This document shows positions 1-12,415 of a stretch of DNA of 64,000 nucleotides, in pieces. The stretch is taken from positions 2,637,053 through 2,701,052 of the forward strand of contig CP129479.1 in assembly GCA_030583865.1 (NCBI GenBank), written 5' to 3'. Numbering within the stretch: position 1 is the first letter of the stretch; each line of letters starts with the position of its first letter. The notes under the pieces were generated by a model. The model had not been told where the DNA came from. It searched no databases and saw nothing but the letters and a program-made list of their open reading frames with translations. Made by a program: the position numbers and the translations under genes. This DNA comes from Thermodesulfobacteriota bacterium (lineage in GTDB: Bacteria; Desulfobacterota; GWC2-55-46).

Positions 1-1347
1 CCTCGCGGTCCCGGAGATTACCACCCAGTGCTCGCTCCTGTGGTGATGGAGCTGGAGGGAAAGCCTCTTTTTCGGCTCGACCCGTATCCTCTTTATCTTG
101 TAGCCATCGCCGGTTTCGAGAAGCGTATAGGAGCCCCAGGGCCTCTCGACGGTCCTGTGTATCTCGTGCTCGGTGTATCCCTTCTTTTTGAGGACCGAGA
201 CGACCTCCTTTACCTCCTGGGCGCGGTCGCGGGGGCAGACGAGCGTAGCATCGGGCGTGTCCACCAGAATCATGTCCTTCAGGCCTATGGTGGCGACCGC
301 CCTGTCAGAGCCGAGTATGATGGAATTTTTCGAGCCGATGTCCACGACCCTGCCGCGGACGATATTGCCGTCCGAGTCGGGCTTCAAGACCGCGTTAAAG
401 GAGCTCCAGCTGCCCATGTCCGACCACGGGAAGCTCGCGGGTATCATTACCACGTCCTCGGCCTTCTCGAGTATGCCGTGGTCTATGGATATGTCTTTTA
501 TCGACTTGTACGCGGCGATGAGGCTCTCGGTGTCTTTGCAGGCTGAGAGGGCTTCGAAGGTCTCGGGCAGGTGCTTTTTTACCTCCTCGAGTATCCTCTC
601 GGCCTTCCAGAGGAAGATGCCGGAGTTCCAGTAATAGCCGCCCTCCTTGAGGTACCTTTTGGCCCTCCTTATGTCCGGCTTCTCGACGAACTTCTCAACG
701 CTCCGTATGCTGAAGCCGGATATCTTCTTTACAGCCCTCGGGAACGCCTTTATGTATCCGTAGCCCGTCTCCGGGTGCGTGGGCACTATGCCGAAGGTCA
801 CGAGGCGGCCTTCCCGGGCGGCCTGAAGGGCCGCCTTCATGGCGGTCCTGAACGACTTGCCGTCCTCTATGACGTGGTCTGCGGGCAGTACCGCCATCAC
901 GGCGCCGGGGTCTTTCCTGTACAGCTCGAAGGCCGCGAGCGCAATGGCCGCGGCGGTGTTCCTGCCCATCGGCTCTATGACGTAGCCTGGGTCCACGGCC
1001 TTGCCGTCGTAGGAGAGGTGCAGCCTTATTATCTCGGCCTGCCGGGCGTTGGTGACGATAAGCACCCTCTCTGACGGCACGAGCGGGCTCAACCTCTTTA
1101 TGGTCGATTTAAGGAGGCTCTCGTCGCCCGCGACCTTAAGGAGCTGCTTCGGGGTGGTCTCGCGGCTCAAGGGCCAGAACCTGCTCCCTATGCCTCCGGC
1201 CAGTATTGCGGCATAGAGCCTGCCTTTTGAAGCCGGCCTTCTCCTCACGCCGGCCCCCTCTGCAAGCGCCTTTTTAAGGGGCTTGATGCGCCCCGCAGTG
1301 ATTGCGCCCGACAGTGCCGCCTTGCTCCCTGAACCGTTCCGCGACAT
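1..1347 (-). CDS. manC: Mannose-1-phosphate guanylyltransferase / mannose-6-phosphate isomerase (type II), 3' end runs off the window
   Basis: Manual minus-strand translation from the ATG at 1347 gives MSRNGSGSK...ILAGGIGSRFWPLSRETTPKQLL...FGIVPTHPETGYGYI...WNSGIFLWKAERILEE...ERPWGSYT (nucleotidyltransferase plus cupin PMI motifs). It is absent from the ORF track because no stop lies in the window. Confidence 0.85.
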   Translation of the reverse strand, partial: MSRNGSGSKAALSGAITAGRIKPLKKALAEGAGVRRRPASKGRLYAAILAGGIGSRFWPLSRETTPKQLLKVAGDESLLKSTIKRLSPLVPSERVLIVTNARQAEIIRLHLSYDGKAVDPGYVIEPMGRNTAAAIALAAFELYRKDPGAVMAVLPADHVIEDGKSFRTAMKAALQAAREGRLVTFGIVPTHPETGYGYIKAFPRAVKKISGFSIRSVEKFVEKPDIRRAKRYLKEGGYYWNSGIFLWKAERILEEVKKHLPETFEALSACKDTESLIAAYKSIKDISIDHGILEKAEDVVMIPASFPWSDMGSWSSFNAVLKPDSDGNIVRGRVVDIGSKNSIILGSDRAVATIGLKDMILVDTPDATLVCPRDRAQEVKEVVSVLKKKGYTEHEIHRTVERPWGSYTLLETGDGYKIKRIRVEPKKRLSLQLHHHRSEHWVVISGTAR

Positions 1348-1425
1348 GGCTATTCCTTTCTCCGGACTCCGGATTCATTTATGCGGAGGTCCGCGATGGG
1401 TTGCTCATAAACGTAATCGAATCAA

Positions 1426-1567
1426 GGCAACCTCTAAAAATTAGAGATTTTTCCCGCAATCAAGGAAGGCCGGGAATAAAAAGCGGAGCATATATGCAAA
1501 TATGTGAGCATTTTTATTCCCGGCCTGACACAGGGTCCGGGGAAAAGATCAATTTTTAGAGGTTGCC
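1426..1567. repeat. Family-1 MITE-like palindromic element, full copy
   Basis: Terminal inverted repeats GGCAACCTCTAAAAATT / AATTTTTAGAGGTTGCC. Inner stem GGCCGGGAATAAAAA / TTTTTATTCCCGGCC. Core AGCGGAGCATATATGCAAATATGTGAGCA. Near-identical copies occur at 12269, 18377, 25003 and 36782. Confidence 0.8.
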
Positions 1568-2362
1568 TCAAGATACCTTCCGCCTTGCGGCCGCGTCGAG
1601 GACCGTATAGGCGGCGCGGATCCCCAGGTAGCTCAGGTAATGGAGGCCGTTAAGGACCGCGGAATCCGTATACTTCCTTGCCACTTGAAGCTCCTCCTTG
1701 AACGTGCGGTGGAAAGAGCTCGAAGTCTTTGAGCCTGGATGCACCCTGAACAGGGCGAGCCGGTCGTCTATGAACCCCGGCGGGTATTTACGCCCGAGCC
1801 GGAGCCAGAACTCGTAGTCCATCACCCTGTGCTGCGACTCGTCAAAAAGGCCGAGCTCGCCGAAGGCCTCCCTCCTTATGAAGGTGGCCGGCTGCGATAT
1901 GAAGTTCGTGACAAGGAGTATATTATAGCCGTACCGCCGAAGCAAAAAGTTCTTGTACGCTGTTATATAGCGCCTCGTCTCCCTGCCCTTTGCGTCTATT
2001 ATCCCGCACTTGCCGGTAAGCCACAGGCATTCCGGGTGCGCCTGAAAGTACCCGGCGACTTTCTCAAGGGCCCCCGGCTCGTAGAGGTCGTCCGAGTTCA
2101 GATAGGCGATTATGTCCCCGGTCGCCTTCCTTATGCCCTTGTTTATGGCGTCGGACTGGCCCCGGTCGCGCTCCGAGACCCAGGCGAGCCGCTTCTCATA
2201 TCGTTTAAGGACATCCAGCGTTTCGTCTTTCGAGCCGCCGTCGACTACGAGGTATTCGAGTTCCGGATAATCCTGGCCGAGTACGCTTTCGATCGTGTCG
2301 CCTATAAAGCCCCCCTGGTTGTAGGAGGGCGTTATGACCGTTATCCTCGGAGGGTTCCTCAT
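1568..2362 (-). CDS. Family 2 glycosyltransferase
   Basis: ITVITPSYNQGGFIGDTIESVLGQDYP...YLVVDGGSKDET...SDDL motifs of GT2. There is a 4-nt overlap with the upstream GT4 gene. Confidence 0.8.
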   Translation of the reverse strand: MRNPPRITVITPSYNQGGFIGDTIESVLGQDYPELEYLVVDGGSKDETLDVLKRYEKRLAWVSERDRGQSDAINKGIRKATGDIIAYLNSDDLYEPGALEKVAGYFQAHPECLWLTGKCGIIDAKGRETRRYITAYKNFLLRRYGYNILLVTNFISQPATFIRREAFGELGLFDESQHRVMDYEFWLRLGRKYPPGFIDDRLALFRVHPGSKTSSSFHRTFKEELQVARKYTDSAVLNGLHYLSYLGIRAAYTVLDAAARRKVS

Positions 2363-3488
2363 GCCCTTGGCCCCGCGATTGCGCCGGATATGGCCTGAAA
2401 GGTCTGCAGGGCCGTGCGCTCCCAGCTGAACCCGGCTGAGCGCTTGAGGCCTTCCGCGGCGAGCCTTTTCCGTAACGCCGGGTCTTCGAGGACCCGCAGC
2501 ATCCCGTGCGCTATGCTCTCTACGCTCAGGGGGTCGACGAAAAGCGCGGCATCGCCCGCGACCTCGTCAAGGGGCTCGATGCCTGAGCAGACGACCGGGA
2601 CGCCCGAGGCCATTGCCTCGAGGACAGGTATGCCGAAGCCCTCATGGAGCGACGGGAAGACGAAGAGGCCGGCGGCCGAATATACCAGGGGTATGTCCTC
2701 GTAAGGGAGCCACCCCAGGAATATGATATCCTCCTCGAGGCCGAGCTCATTTATCTTCCCCCGTATCGATTCGTGCCCGTAGTCCCTCGCGCCGATGAGG
2801 ACGAGCTTAAGGTCCGGCCTGCTTATCTTTACGAGCTTGAAGGCCTTCAGGAGCCTTTCATAGTTCTTATGCGGAAGCGACGAGGCGATGTACAGGACGA
2901 AGCCAGGCGGAAGCCCGTATTTCCTCCTTATGTCAGCGGCCTCCCCCGGCGGCCTCGCCATGAAAACCGACTTCTCCGAGGCAAGGTGCGTGACCGTGAC
3001 CTTATCGGGGCTTATGGAATAGAAATTCACTATGTCCCTCTTGGACTTCTCCGAGAGCGTGAGGACCGCGTGCGCGCTCTTCGCGCTCATGTAGATTATG
3101 GATTTGAGAAAGAGGAGATACCATCTGTTGAAGTTCCCCGGCTGGTTCACGTGCTGCAGGTCGTATACCATGACGAGCGACGGGACCGGAGACAAAAAAG
3201 GTGCCGTCATGCCCGCGGAAAAGAGGGCGTCGAGCCTGTGTCTCCTGGCGAGGAGCGGCAGCACCGCCTGCTCGTAGGCTATCCTCATGGGGCGGTTCGA
3301 GGCCCTGACCTTGCAGCGCACCACTTTCACGCCCTCTTCGCCCAGGAGCCCCTCGGATTCCCTGTTTACATAAAGCAGGAACTCGTGCCCGGGCGCAACG
3401 CGCGGGAGCCACTTGATGAGGTTCCTCAGGTACACCTCGCTACCGCCTACCCTTCCGGGGAGGAGATAGAGCGCGTTTATGCCGACCC

Positions 3489-3492
<4 letters not shown>
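2359..3492 (-). CDS. Family 4 (GT1-fold) glycosyltransferase
   Basis: C-terminal ...EGFGIPVLEAMASGVPVV... GT4 signature. The start is called at the internal ATG 3492 (MRVGINALY). ATGA overlap with the stop of the upstream reductase gene suggests translational coupling. Confidence 0.8.
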
Positions 3493-5460
<1,968 letters not shown>

Positions 5461-5677
5461 TCATACCACTCCATGCCCGGGTTTTCACCAGCAAAAAACC
5501 CGCTCTTGGGCCTGGACCTGATTGTATGTTCACGAAATGAACGATACCACGGGAAAGGAACTCGCGTCAAGAGTGAAGAGCTTGTTTTCCGGAACAAAAC
5601 CGTAGAGATATCCAGCCTGAACCCGCAGGCGAGATTCAGGGCGGAGATCTTGAAGGAAAGGCGGCTGGTTGTAGGGG

Positions 5678-6094
5678 CTATTCCCTGTCAGAGGCTTTCA
5701 AGACCGCGTCTATGGCCGACTTTATGGCCCTGGAATGGGACTCATCCGGGCTTCGGAGTACCTTGAGGAGTTTCATTATATAGGCGGCCTCTTCCGCCTC
5801 GGGCGAGCCGACATCCACGGCCTGCCCCCTGGGTGCGTAAAGGGCCGGGCTTTCGCCTGCCAGAGGGGCTTTCCCGGGCTTGTAGATCTCGCCTCTGCCG
5901 TCAATAAGCCAGTCGAGGCCCACCCCGAACCTCTCGGAAAAGGCGAGCACAAGGCCCGAGGGCATCTCTCCGCGCTTTTTATAGTTGGAGAGCGCCTGCG
6001 GGGTGACCTCCAGGGCCCGCGCAACCGCAGAGTCGTTCTTGAGGCGCGCAGCCCACTTCATCCTCTCTATCACATCCGCGTAATTTACGCCCAT
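5678..6094 (-). CDS. Helix-turn-helix DNA-binding protein, phage CI-repressor-like
   Basis: MKWAARLKNDSAVARALEVTPQALSNYKKRGEMPSGLVLAFSERFGVGLDWLIDG resembles a CI-repressor N-terminal HTH. It sits between manB and gmd. Confidence 0.6.
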   Translation of the reverse strand: MGVNYADVIERMKWAARLKNDSAVARALEVTPQALSNYKKRGEMPSGLVLAFSERFGVGLDWLIDGRGEIYKPGKAPLAGESPALYAPRGQAVDVGSPEAEEAAYIMKLLKVLRSPDESHSRAIKSAIDAVLKASDRE

Positions 6095-6120
6095 CGCGAA
6101 CCTCTCGTAAATAGGTACTT

Positions 6121-6170
6121 AAGGCAGGCCTGACACAGAGTCCGGGGAAAAGATCCTTTTTGAGGTTGCC
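6121..6170. repeat. Family-1 element, right-arm fragment only
   Basis: GGCCTGACACAGAGTCCGGGGAAAAGATCCTTTTTGAGGTTGCC matches the right arm of the copy at 1426-1567. Confidence 0.7.
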
Positions 6171-7619
6171 TTAAGCCTCAAGCTCCACCGTACCGCCGGG
6201 CAACGAGGCCTCAAGCCGCTCCTTTATGAAGGCCTTTGCCTTGTCGAGCTTCTCCTGGTCAACTGCCTCGAACCTCAAGACCAGTACAGGCTGGGTGTTC
6301 GAGGCCCTTACAAGGGCCCAGCCGCCATCGAAGTTCACCCTGAGGCCGTCTATCTTGATGATGTCCCTTACCCGGAAGTCGTCCGAGCCCTGGCCGATTT
6401 CTCCCTCGAGCTTCTCGATTACCGAGAACTTGACCTCGTCAGGGCAGTCTATCCGTATCTCCGGGGTCACTACCGTCTCGGGGAGCCCCGAAAGCATGGA
6501 GGAGAAGCGGAAGGCGGGGTTTGCGGCCCTTTCCCTTGCGGCTATCTCGGCCACCCTGCACGAGGCGTAGATCGCGTCGTCAAAGCCGAACCATTTGTCC
6601 GCGAAGAAGATATGCCCGCTCATCTCTCCGGCCATCGCAGCGCCGAGCTCCTTCATCTTGGCCTTTATGAGCGAATGCCCGGTCTTCCACATCACAGGGT
6701 TCCCGCCCATGCGCGCTATCTCGTCGTACATGACCTGCGAGCATTTTACCTCGCCCACGATGGTCGCGCCCGGCTTTTCCTTCAATATGGATTTTGAAAA
6801 CACCACCATGAGCTTGTCGCCCCAGATTACCGACCCCCTCTCATCTACCATGCCAATTCTGTCAGCGTCGCCATCATAGGCGACCCCGAACTCGGCCCCG
6901 GTCCTCCTTACCGTCTCGATAAGGTCAAGGAGGTTATCCGTGACGGTCGGGTCCGGGTGATGGTTCGGGAACGAGCCGTCGGGCTCGCTATAGAGCTCGA
7001 TCACGTCGAACCCGAGCCTCTTGAGGAGCTTCGGGGCGACCGGCCCCGCGGTGCCGTTCCCTGAATCGAGGACGATCCTCATGCGCTTGGGTAATTCCGG
7101 TATATTGAAGGAGCCAGCGACGTAATCGATATAAGCCGGTATTATGTCGTGGATCTCGACAATGCCTGGCATCGCATCAACCGGCGGCTTCCCGAGGACC
7201 TCTTCCCTTATTATCTTTTTTACAGCCTGTATCTCCGAGCCGTGAATGGTCTCTTTCCCGACGCTCACCTTGAAGCCGTTATACTCCGGGGGGTTGTGGC
7301 TTCCGGTTATCATTATGCCGCCGCCCACCTTTAGCGTGTGCATGGAGAAATACTGTAGCGGCGTGGGGCACTCCCCTATGTCGATGACGTTTACGCCGCT
7401 CTGTGTGAGGCCCCGGACAAGCGCGTCCCGTATGGGCTTGGAGCTCGTCCTTACGTCCCTTCCGACCGTGATCTTGAAATCCGGGCCTATGTTCGCGCCC
7501 CGCCTTTGGGCGTATATGGCATAGGCCCTGCCCAGTAGCTCCGCGACCTCGGCGGTAAGGTCCTTCCCCCATGTGCCCCTTATGTCGTATTCCCTGAATA
7601 TCGCGTCAGAAATGCTCAT
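6171..7619 (-). CDS. manB: Phosphomannomutase / phosphoglucomutase
   Basis: TGSHNPPEYNGFK phosphoserine loop, GDGDADR Mg-binding motif and GEMSGHIFF sugar-binding loop. Confidence 0.9.
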   Translation of the reverse strand: MSISDAIFREYDIRGTWGKDLTAEVAELLGRAYAIYAQRRGANIGPDFKITVGRDVRTSSKPIRDALVRGLTQSGVNVIDIGECPTPLQYFSMHTLKVGGGIMITGSHNPPEYNGFKVSVGKETIHGSEIQAVKKIIREEVLGKPPVDAMPGIVEIHDIIPAYIDYVAGSFNIPELPKRMRIVLDSGNGTAGPVAPKLLKRLGFDVIELYSEPDGSFPNHHPDPTVTDNLLDLIETVRRTGAEFGVAYDGDADRIGMVDERGSVIWGDKLMVVFSKSILKEKPGATIVGEVKCSQVMYDEIARMGGNPVMWKTGHSLIKAKMKELGAAMAGEMSGHIFFADKWFGFDDAIYASCRVAEIAARERAANPAFRFSSMLSGLPETVVTPEIRIDCPDEVKFSVIEKLEGEIGQGSDDFRVRDIIKIDGLRVNFDGGWALVRASNTQPVLVLRFEAVDQEKLDKAKAFIKERLEASLPGGTVELEA

Positions 7620-7667
7620 GGATATAACCCCCGGTTTATTTAAACAAGGAAGGCACCGCCGGACCCG

Positions 7668-8153
7668 CTAAAGCGTTCTCTTCCCGGAGCGCTTCTCCTC
7701 CCTTAGCTTCCTGAAAAACGATTTCAAGACCTCTTCCGATTCCGAGGCAAGCACCCCGCCGGTCACATGGACCCTGTGGTTCAGGCGCGTATCCGTTGGG
7801 ATGTCGTAGAGCGAGCCCGAAGCGCCCGCCTTGGGGTCAAGCGGGCCGAATACGAGCCTCGGTATCCGGGCGAGCACTATTGCCCCCATGCACATCAAGC
7901 AGGGCTCGAGCGTGACGTACATGGTCGCGCCGGAGAGCCTCCAGGTCTTGAGCTTCCTTGCCGCGCTCCTTATGGCCAGAAGCTCGGCGTGCGCGGACGG
8001 GTCGGCCTTCGATTCCCTCAGGTTATGCGCCCTGGCTATGACGCGCCCCTCGCGGACGATGATTGCGCCCACCGGGACCTCTCCCTTCAGGGCGGCCTTC
8101 TCCGCCTCCCTGAGGGCCTTTGCCATGAAGGCCTCGTCCAGCTTTATGCTCAA
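7668..8153 (-). CDS. tadA: tRNA adenosine(34) deaminase
   Basis: HAELLAI...TLEPCLMCMGAI CDA zinc motif; 161 aa. Confidence 0.85.
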   Translation of the reverse strand: MSIKLDEAFMAKALREAEKAALKGEVPVGAIIVREGRVIARAHNLRESKADPSAHAELLAIRSAARKLKTWRLSGATMYVTLEPCLMCMGAIVLARIPRLVFGPLDPKAGASGSLYDIPTDTRLNHRVHVTGGVLASESEEVLKSFFRKLREEKRSGKRTL

Positions 8154-8293
8154 AACACCTACCTTCTTACCTGCGAAAGAGTAAAAGGTACATTAAATAT
8201 GAGGTGTTGTCAACCGGGGTACAGGCAGCCCAGAGCCTAAATGCCAATCCATGAATTGTGAAGGGAATTTCCGGAGCAAGCGGGAGAGAGATT

Positions 8294-11137
8294 TTACCTG
8301 AGGGCGAACCCTTTTTGCCCCAGGACGCCTTTTAGATACGCCCCGGTGTGCGAGCCCTTGACCCCAGCGACGTGCTCGGGAGTACCTTCGGCCACTATCT
8401 CGCCGCCCTGGTCGCCGCCCTCAGGGCCGAGGTCGATTATGTGGTCCGCTGATTTTATGACGTCGAGGTTGTGCTCGATTATGATGATGGTGTTGCCCGC
8501 GTCGCGGAGGCTTTTCAATACATCGAGGAGCTTGTGTATGTCAGCGAAGTGGAGGCCCGTGGTGGGCTCGTCGAGTATGTAAAGGGTCTTCCCCGTGGCC
8601 CTCCTTGAAAGCTCCCTGGCAAGCTTTATCCTCTGCGCCTCGCCTCCCGAGAGCGTGGTCGAGGCCTGGCCGAGCTTTATGTAGCCGAGCCCGACGTCAT
8701 TGAGGGTCTTGAGTTTTTCCCTCACCTGGGGGATGTTCTCGAAGAAGACGAGCGCCTCGGCTACCGAGAGGTCGAGGCACTCGGAGATGTTCCTCCCCTT
8801 GTACCGTATCTCAAGGGTGTCGCGGTTATACCTTTCCCCGCCGCACGCGTCGCAGGTGACGTATACGTCCGGGAGGAAATGCATCTCGACCTTTATAAGG
8901 CCGTCTCCCTTGCACGACTCGCACCTGCCGCCCTTCACGTTGAAGCTGAACCTGCCGGGGCTGTAGCCCCTTACCTTGGCCTCGGGGAGCTGGCTGAAGA
9001 GGTCCCTTATGGGCGTAAATAGGCCGGTGTAGGTGGCCGGGTTCGAGCGCGGCGTCCTGCCTATGGGGGTCTGGTCTATGTCAACGACCTTATCTATGTG
9101 CTCGAGCCCTGCAATCGAGGCCGCCTCTCCGGCCCGCTCCTTCGAGTCATAGAGCTTCCGGGCGAGGTTTCTATAGAGCGTATCCACCACGAGCGTGCTC
9201 TTTCCAGAGCCCGAGACCCCGGTTACGCAGGTCATAAGCCCGAGCGGGAAACGGACGTTAAGGTCTTTGAGATTATTCGCCCTCGCCCCTTTTACGGTAA
9301 GGAACCTCTTGTCAGGCATTTTCCTCTTCTCCGGCACAGGTATCCTTAAAGAGCCGGAGAGGTACTTGCCCGTAAGCGAACTTTCGTTTGCGGCTATCTC
9401 ATTGAATGTCCCCTGGGCCACTATGCGTCCGCCCGAGAGCCCGGCCCCGGGGCCCATGTCGATTATGTGGTCGGCGTCGTTCATGGTCTCCTCGTCGTGC
9501 TCGACGACGATGACCGAGTTACCCATGTCCCTGAGCCGCTTAAGGGCCTCAAGGAGACGCCTGTTGTCCCTCTGGTGGAGCCCTATGGAAGGCTCGTCGA
9601 GTATGTAGAGCACGCCGACGAGCGAGCTCCCTATCTGGGTTGCGAGCCGTATCCTCTGCCCCTCGCCCCCTGAAAGTGTCGCGGCAGGCCTGTCGAGTGA
9701 GATGTAGTCAAGCCCTACTTTCGAGAGAAAGCCGAGCCTCTCGCCTATCTCCTTCAAGACCCTCCGGGCTATCTCCTGCTCGAACGTCGTAAGCCTCAGG
9801 CTCTTGAAGAACTCGAGCGCATCCTTAATGGACATGGCCGCGATATCCCGGATGGACCTCGCCCCTATCTTTACGAAGAGCGCCTCTTTCTTGAGCCTCG
9901 AACCCTCGCATACCGGGCAGGGCTGCGAATTCATGAACCGCTCAAGGTCCTCACGGACGTCCTCCGAGTCGGTCTCGCGGTAGCGCCTCTCCAGATTGGC
10001 GAGCACGCCCTCGAAAGGGGCCGTGTAGGCGTACTTGCTCTTCTCTCCCTCGTGCCGGAACTCGACCTCCTCTTCTCCGGAGCCGTTAAAGATTATCTCC
10101 CGGATCCTCGGCTGGAGTTTCTTAACCGGCGCATCCAGGCTGAACTTATAGTGCCTCGCGAGCGAGGAGAGCATGTTCAAATACCATGAAACGGCCTTCT
10201 TTCCGCCGGACCTGCTCCAGGGGGCTATGGCCCCCTCGCGTATCGATAGCTCCGCGTCCGGTATGACGAGCTCAGGGTCGAAATAAAACTTCTCGCCGAG
10301 GCCCTTGCACTCCGGGCAGGCCCCGTAGGGGCTGTTGAATGAAAATGTGGTGGGGCTTATCTCGGGGTAGCTTATGCCGCACTGGGCGCAGGAGAGCTTC
10401 TCGTTAAAGAGGAGTTCCCTTCCGCCGACGACCTCCACCTTTACGAGCCCGCCCGAAAGCCGCGAGGCGGCCTCCAGGGAGTCGGTAAGCCTCCTCAGTA
10501 TCCCCTCCTTGATGACGAGCCTGTCTATGATGACGTCTATCGAGTGCTTCTTCCTCTTGTCGAGGACGATTACGTCCTCGAGGTCGCGCGCCTCGCCGTC
10601 TATCCTGGCCTTGGTGTAGCCGTCCTTCCTGAGGGATTCGAGCTCCTTCCTGTATTCCCCCTTACGGCCCCGGACTATCGGGGAGAGGAGGACTATCTTC
10701 GAGCCCGGCGGAAGGGCCGCCAGCCTGTCGGCCATCTCCTGTATGGTCTGGGATGTGATTGGACGGCCGCAGCTGAAGCAGTGGGGCTTCCCGATCCTTG
10801 CGAAGAGGAGGCGGAGGTAGTCGTATACTTCGGTGACTGTTCCGACAGTCGAGCGGGGGTTCCTGGAGGTGGTCTTCTGCTCTATCGATATGGCGGGCGA
10901 GAGCCCTTCAATGGACTCAACATCAGGCTTGTCCATCTGCTCGAGGAACTGCCTGGCGTAGACGGAGAGGCTCTCGACGTACCTCCTCTGCCCCTCTGCG
11001 TAAATGGTGTCGAAGGCCAGCGAGGACTTGCCGGAGCCTGAAACGCCTGTTATGACGACGAGCCTGTCTCTCGGTATCTCAAGGTCTATGGACTTGAGGT
11101 TGTGTACCCTCGCGCCCTTGATTACTATCCTGTCCAT
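8294..11137 (-). CDS. uvrA: Excinuclease ABC subunit A
   Basis: 947 aa with two ABC ATPase modules ([19 protein letters not shown]..., [14 protein letters not shown]...), zinc fingers and LSGGE signatures. Confidence 0.95.
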   Translation of the reverse strand: MDRIVIKGARVHNLKSIDLEIPRDRLVVITGVSGSGKSSLAFDTIYAEGQRRYVESLSVYARQFLEQMDKPDVESIEGLSPAISIEQKTTSRNPRSTVGTVTEVYDYLRLLFARIGKPHCFSCGRPITSQTIQEMADRLAALPPGSKIVLLSPIVRGRKGEYRKELESLRKDGYTKARIDGEARDLEDVIVLDKRKKHSIDVIIDRLVIKEGILRRLTDSLEAASRLSGGLVKVEVVGGRELLFNEKLSCAQCGISYPEISPTTFSFNSPYGACPECKGLGEKFYFDPELVIPDAELSIREGAIAPWSRSGGKKAVSWYLNMLSSLARHYKFSLDAPVKKLQPRIREIIFNGSGEEEVEFRHEGEKSKYAYTAPFEGVLANLERRYRETDSEDVREDLERFMNSQPCPVCEGSRLKKEALFVKIGARSIRDIAAMSIKDALEFFKSLRLTTFEQEIARRVLKEIGERLGFLSKVGLDYISLDRPAATLSGGEGQRIRLATQIGSSLVGVLYILDEPSIGLHQRDNRRLLEALKRLRDMGNSVIVVEHDEETMNDADHIIDMGPGAGLSGGRIVAQGTFNEIAANESSLTGKYLSGSLRIPVPEKRKMPDKRFLTVKGARANNLKDLNVRFPLGLMTCVTGVSGSGKSTLVVDTLYRNLARKLYDSKERAGEAASIAGLEHIDKVVDIDQTPIGRTPRSNPATYTGLFTPIRDLFSQLPEAKVRGYSPGRFSFNVKGGRCESCKGDGLIKVEMHFLPDVYVTCDACGGERYNRDTLEIRYKGRNISECLDLSVAEALVFFENIPQVREKLKTLNDVGLGYIKLGQASTTLSGGEAQRIKLARELSRRATGKTLYILDEPTTGLHFADIHKLLDVLKSLRDAGNTIIIIEHNLDVIKSADHIIDLGPEGGDQGGEIVAEGTPEHVAGVKGSHTGAYLKGVLGQKGFALR

Positions 11138-11168
11138 CTTTGTCTTTCAAACGGCCTGAATGATCAGA

Positions 11169-12134
11169 TCAGGGCCTTCTCTTTCTGTTCACGGCCATCT
11201 CTACGGCCATCTCTATCGCCGCCCTGAGGCTAAAGTGGCTTGCTACACCCTTCCACGCGATGTCATAGGCGGTGCCGTGGTCTACCGAAGTCCTTATTAT
11301 GGGCAGGCCCAGTGTCGCGTTCACGCCGTCCTCGAAATGCTGCAGCTTCAAGGGCCCGAGCCCCTGGTCGTGGTACATGGCAAGCACGCAGTCGAACTCC
11401 TTTTTCCTGACCGTCCTGTAAAAGACCGTGTCAGCCGGGAGCGGCCCCAGCGCGTTTATGCCCTCTTTCCTCGCCTTTTTGACGGCCGGCGCTATGGCCT
11501 TTTTCTCCTCGTCACCGAATATGCCGCCCTCGCCAGCGTGCGGGTTCAAGCCGCATACCGCGATCCTCGGCCTCTTCATCCCGAAATCACGCGTAAAGGC
11601 CCGGTGCGTTACGCGGAGGGCCTTCAAAACAGCCTTCTCCGTCACGAGGCGCGGCACATTCTTAAGGGCCTCGTGGATGGTGACGAGCGCGACCTTGAGG
11701 TCCTTCCCTCCGAGCATCATGACGAAATCTTCGGTATCCGTAAGCTCGGCTATGAACTCGGTATGGCCCGGGAACCGGAAACCGGCGAGCTTCGCGGCTT
11801 CCTTGCTTATGGGGCAAGTCACCATCGCGTCCGCGTCGCCTATGGCGGTCATGAATACCGCCTCTTCTATGTAGCTTATGAGCGCCTCTCCCGCGGCTTT
11901 CACGGGCTTGCCGGGCTTGAGCCTTTTGAGGTCCAGCCTGGAAACTCCGATGACCTCGCTCTCGCGCGGCGCCTTCAACCCGAGCTTTCCGGCAAGATGG
12001 CTGAGGAGCCCCGCGTCACCGACTACTATAGGGTTGCAGAGCGCCCTCACCCTTTTATCACCGAGGGCCTTTAGTGCGAGCTCGGGGCCGACGCCGGCGG
12101 GGTCGCCCATGGTTATGGCTATGTTGGGTTTCAT
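11169..12134 (-). CDS. pdxA: 4-hydroxythreonine-4-phosphate dehydrogenase
   Basis: MKPNIAITMGDPAGVGPE... HTEF... NPHAGEGG motifs. The start is set at the internal ATG 12134. Confidence 0.85.
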   Translation of the reverse strand: MKPNIAITMGDPAGVGPELALKALGDKRVRALCNPIVVGDAGLLSHLAGKLGLKAPRESEVIGVSRLDLKRLKPGKPVKAAGEALISYIEEAVFMTAIGDADAMVTCPISKEAAKLAGFRFPGHTEFIAELTDTEDFVMMLGGKDLKVALVTIHEALKNVPRLVTEKAVLKALRVTHRAFTRDFGMKRPRIAVCGLNPHAGEGGIFGDEEKKAIAPAVKKARKEGINALGPLPADTVFYRTVRKKEFDCVLAMYHDQGLGPLKLQHFEDGVNATLGLPIIRTSVDHGTAYDIAWKGVASHFSLRAAIEMAVEMAVNRKRRP

Positions 12135-12196
12135 AAATTTTCCAGTGGCCGGGCATGCAGGGGGAATCACATTAAAACTCTAAATCTACTCTAACC

Positions 12197-12265
12197 TGTC
12201 ATTCCGAGGGAGCGTCAGCGACCGAAGAATCAGATACGAGATTCTTCGCTACGCTCAGATTGACA
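12197..12265. repeat. Family-2 palindromic element, short copy
   Basis: TGTCATTCCGAGGGAGCGTCAGCGACCGAAGAATC...GAGATTCTTCGCTACGCTCAGATTGACA; its arms are reverse complements of each other. Confidence 0.75.
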
Positions 12266-12268
12266 TAT

Positions 12269-12409
12269 GGCAACCTCTTAAAATTAGAGATTTTCCCGCT
12301 TTTCACGGAAGGCCGGGAATAAAAAGCGGCGCATAGATAATGTGTGGGCATTTTTATTCCCGTAACACTACCCAGAGTCCGGGGAAAAGATCAATTTTTT
12401 AGAGGTTGC
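12269..12409. repeat. Family-1 MITE-like element, full copy
   Basis: Same inverted-repeat termini and core as 1426-1567 with a few substitutions; lies directly next to a family-2 copy. Confidence 0.8.
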
Positions 12410-12415
12410 AAAAAC

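Noticed and set aside
28-1074. Plus-strand ORFs 28..546, 173..634 and 571..1074
   Set aside because: They are entirely antisense to the clearly recognisable manC gene, show no motifs and have an R/A/G/P-rich composition typical of GC-rich antisense frames.
1302-1559. 85-aa ORF (likewise 18308..18580 and 36771..36995) sharing the peptide GIKSGAYMxICEHFYSRP
   Set aside because: The shared peptide is simply the translation of the family-1 repeat DNA. The ORFs span the hairpin arms and have no independent coding support.
8154-8293. 140-bp tadA-uvrA intergenic region as a possible small RNA
   Set aside because: No recognisable conserved ncRNA motif was seen (6S, tmRNA, SRP); left unannotated.
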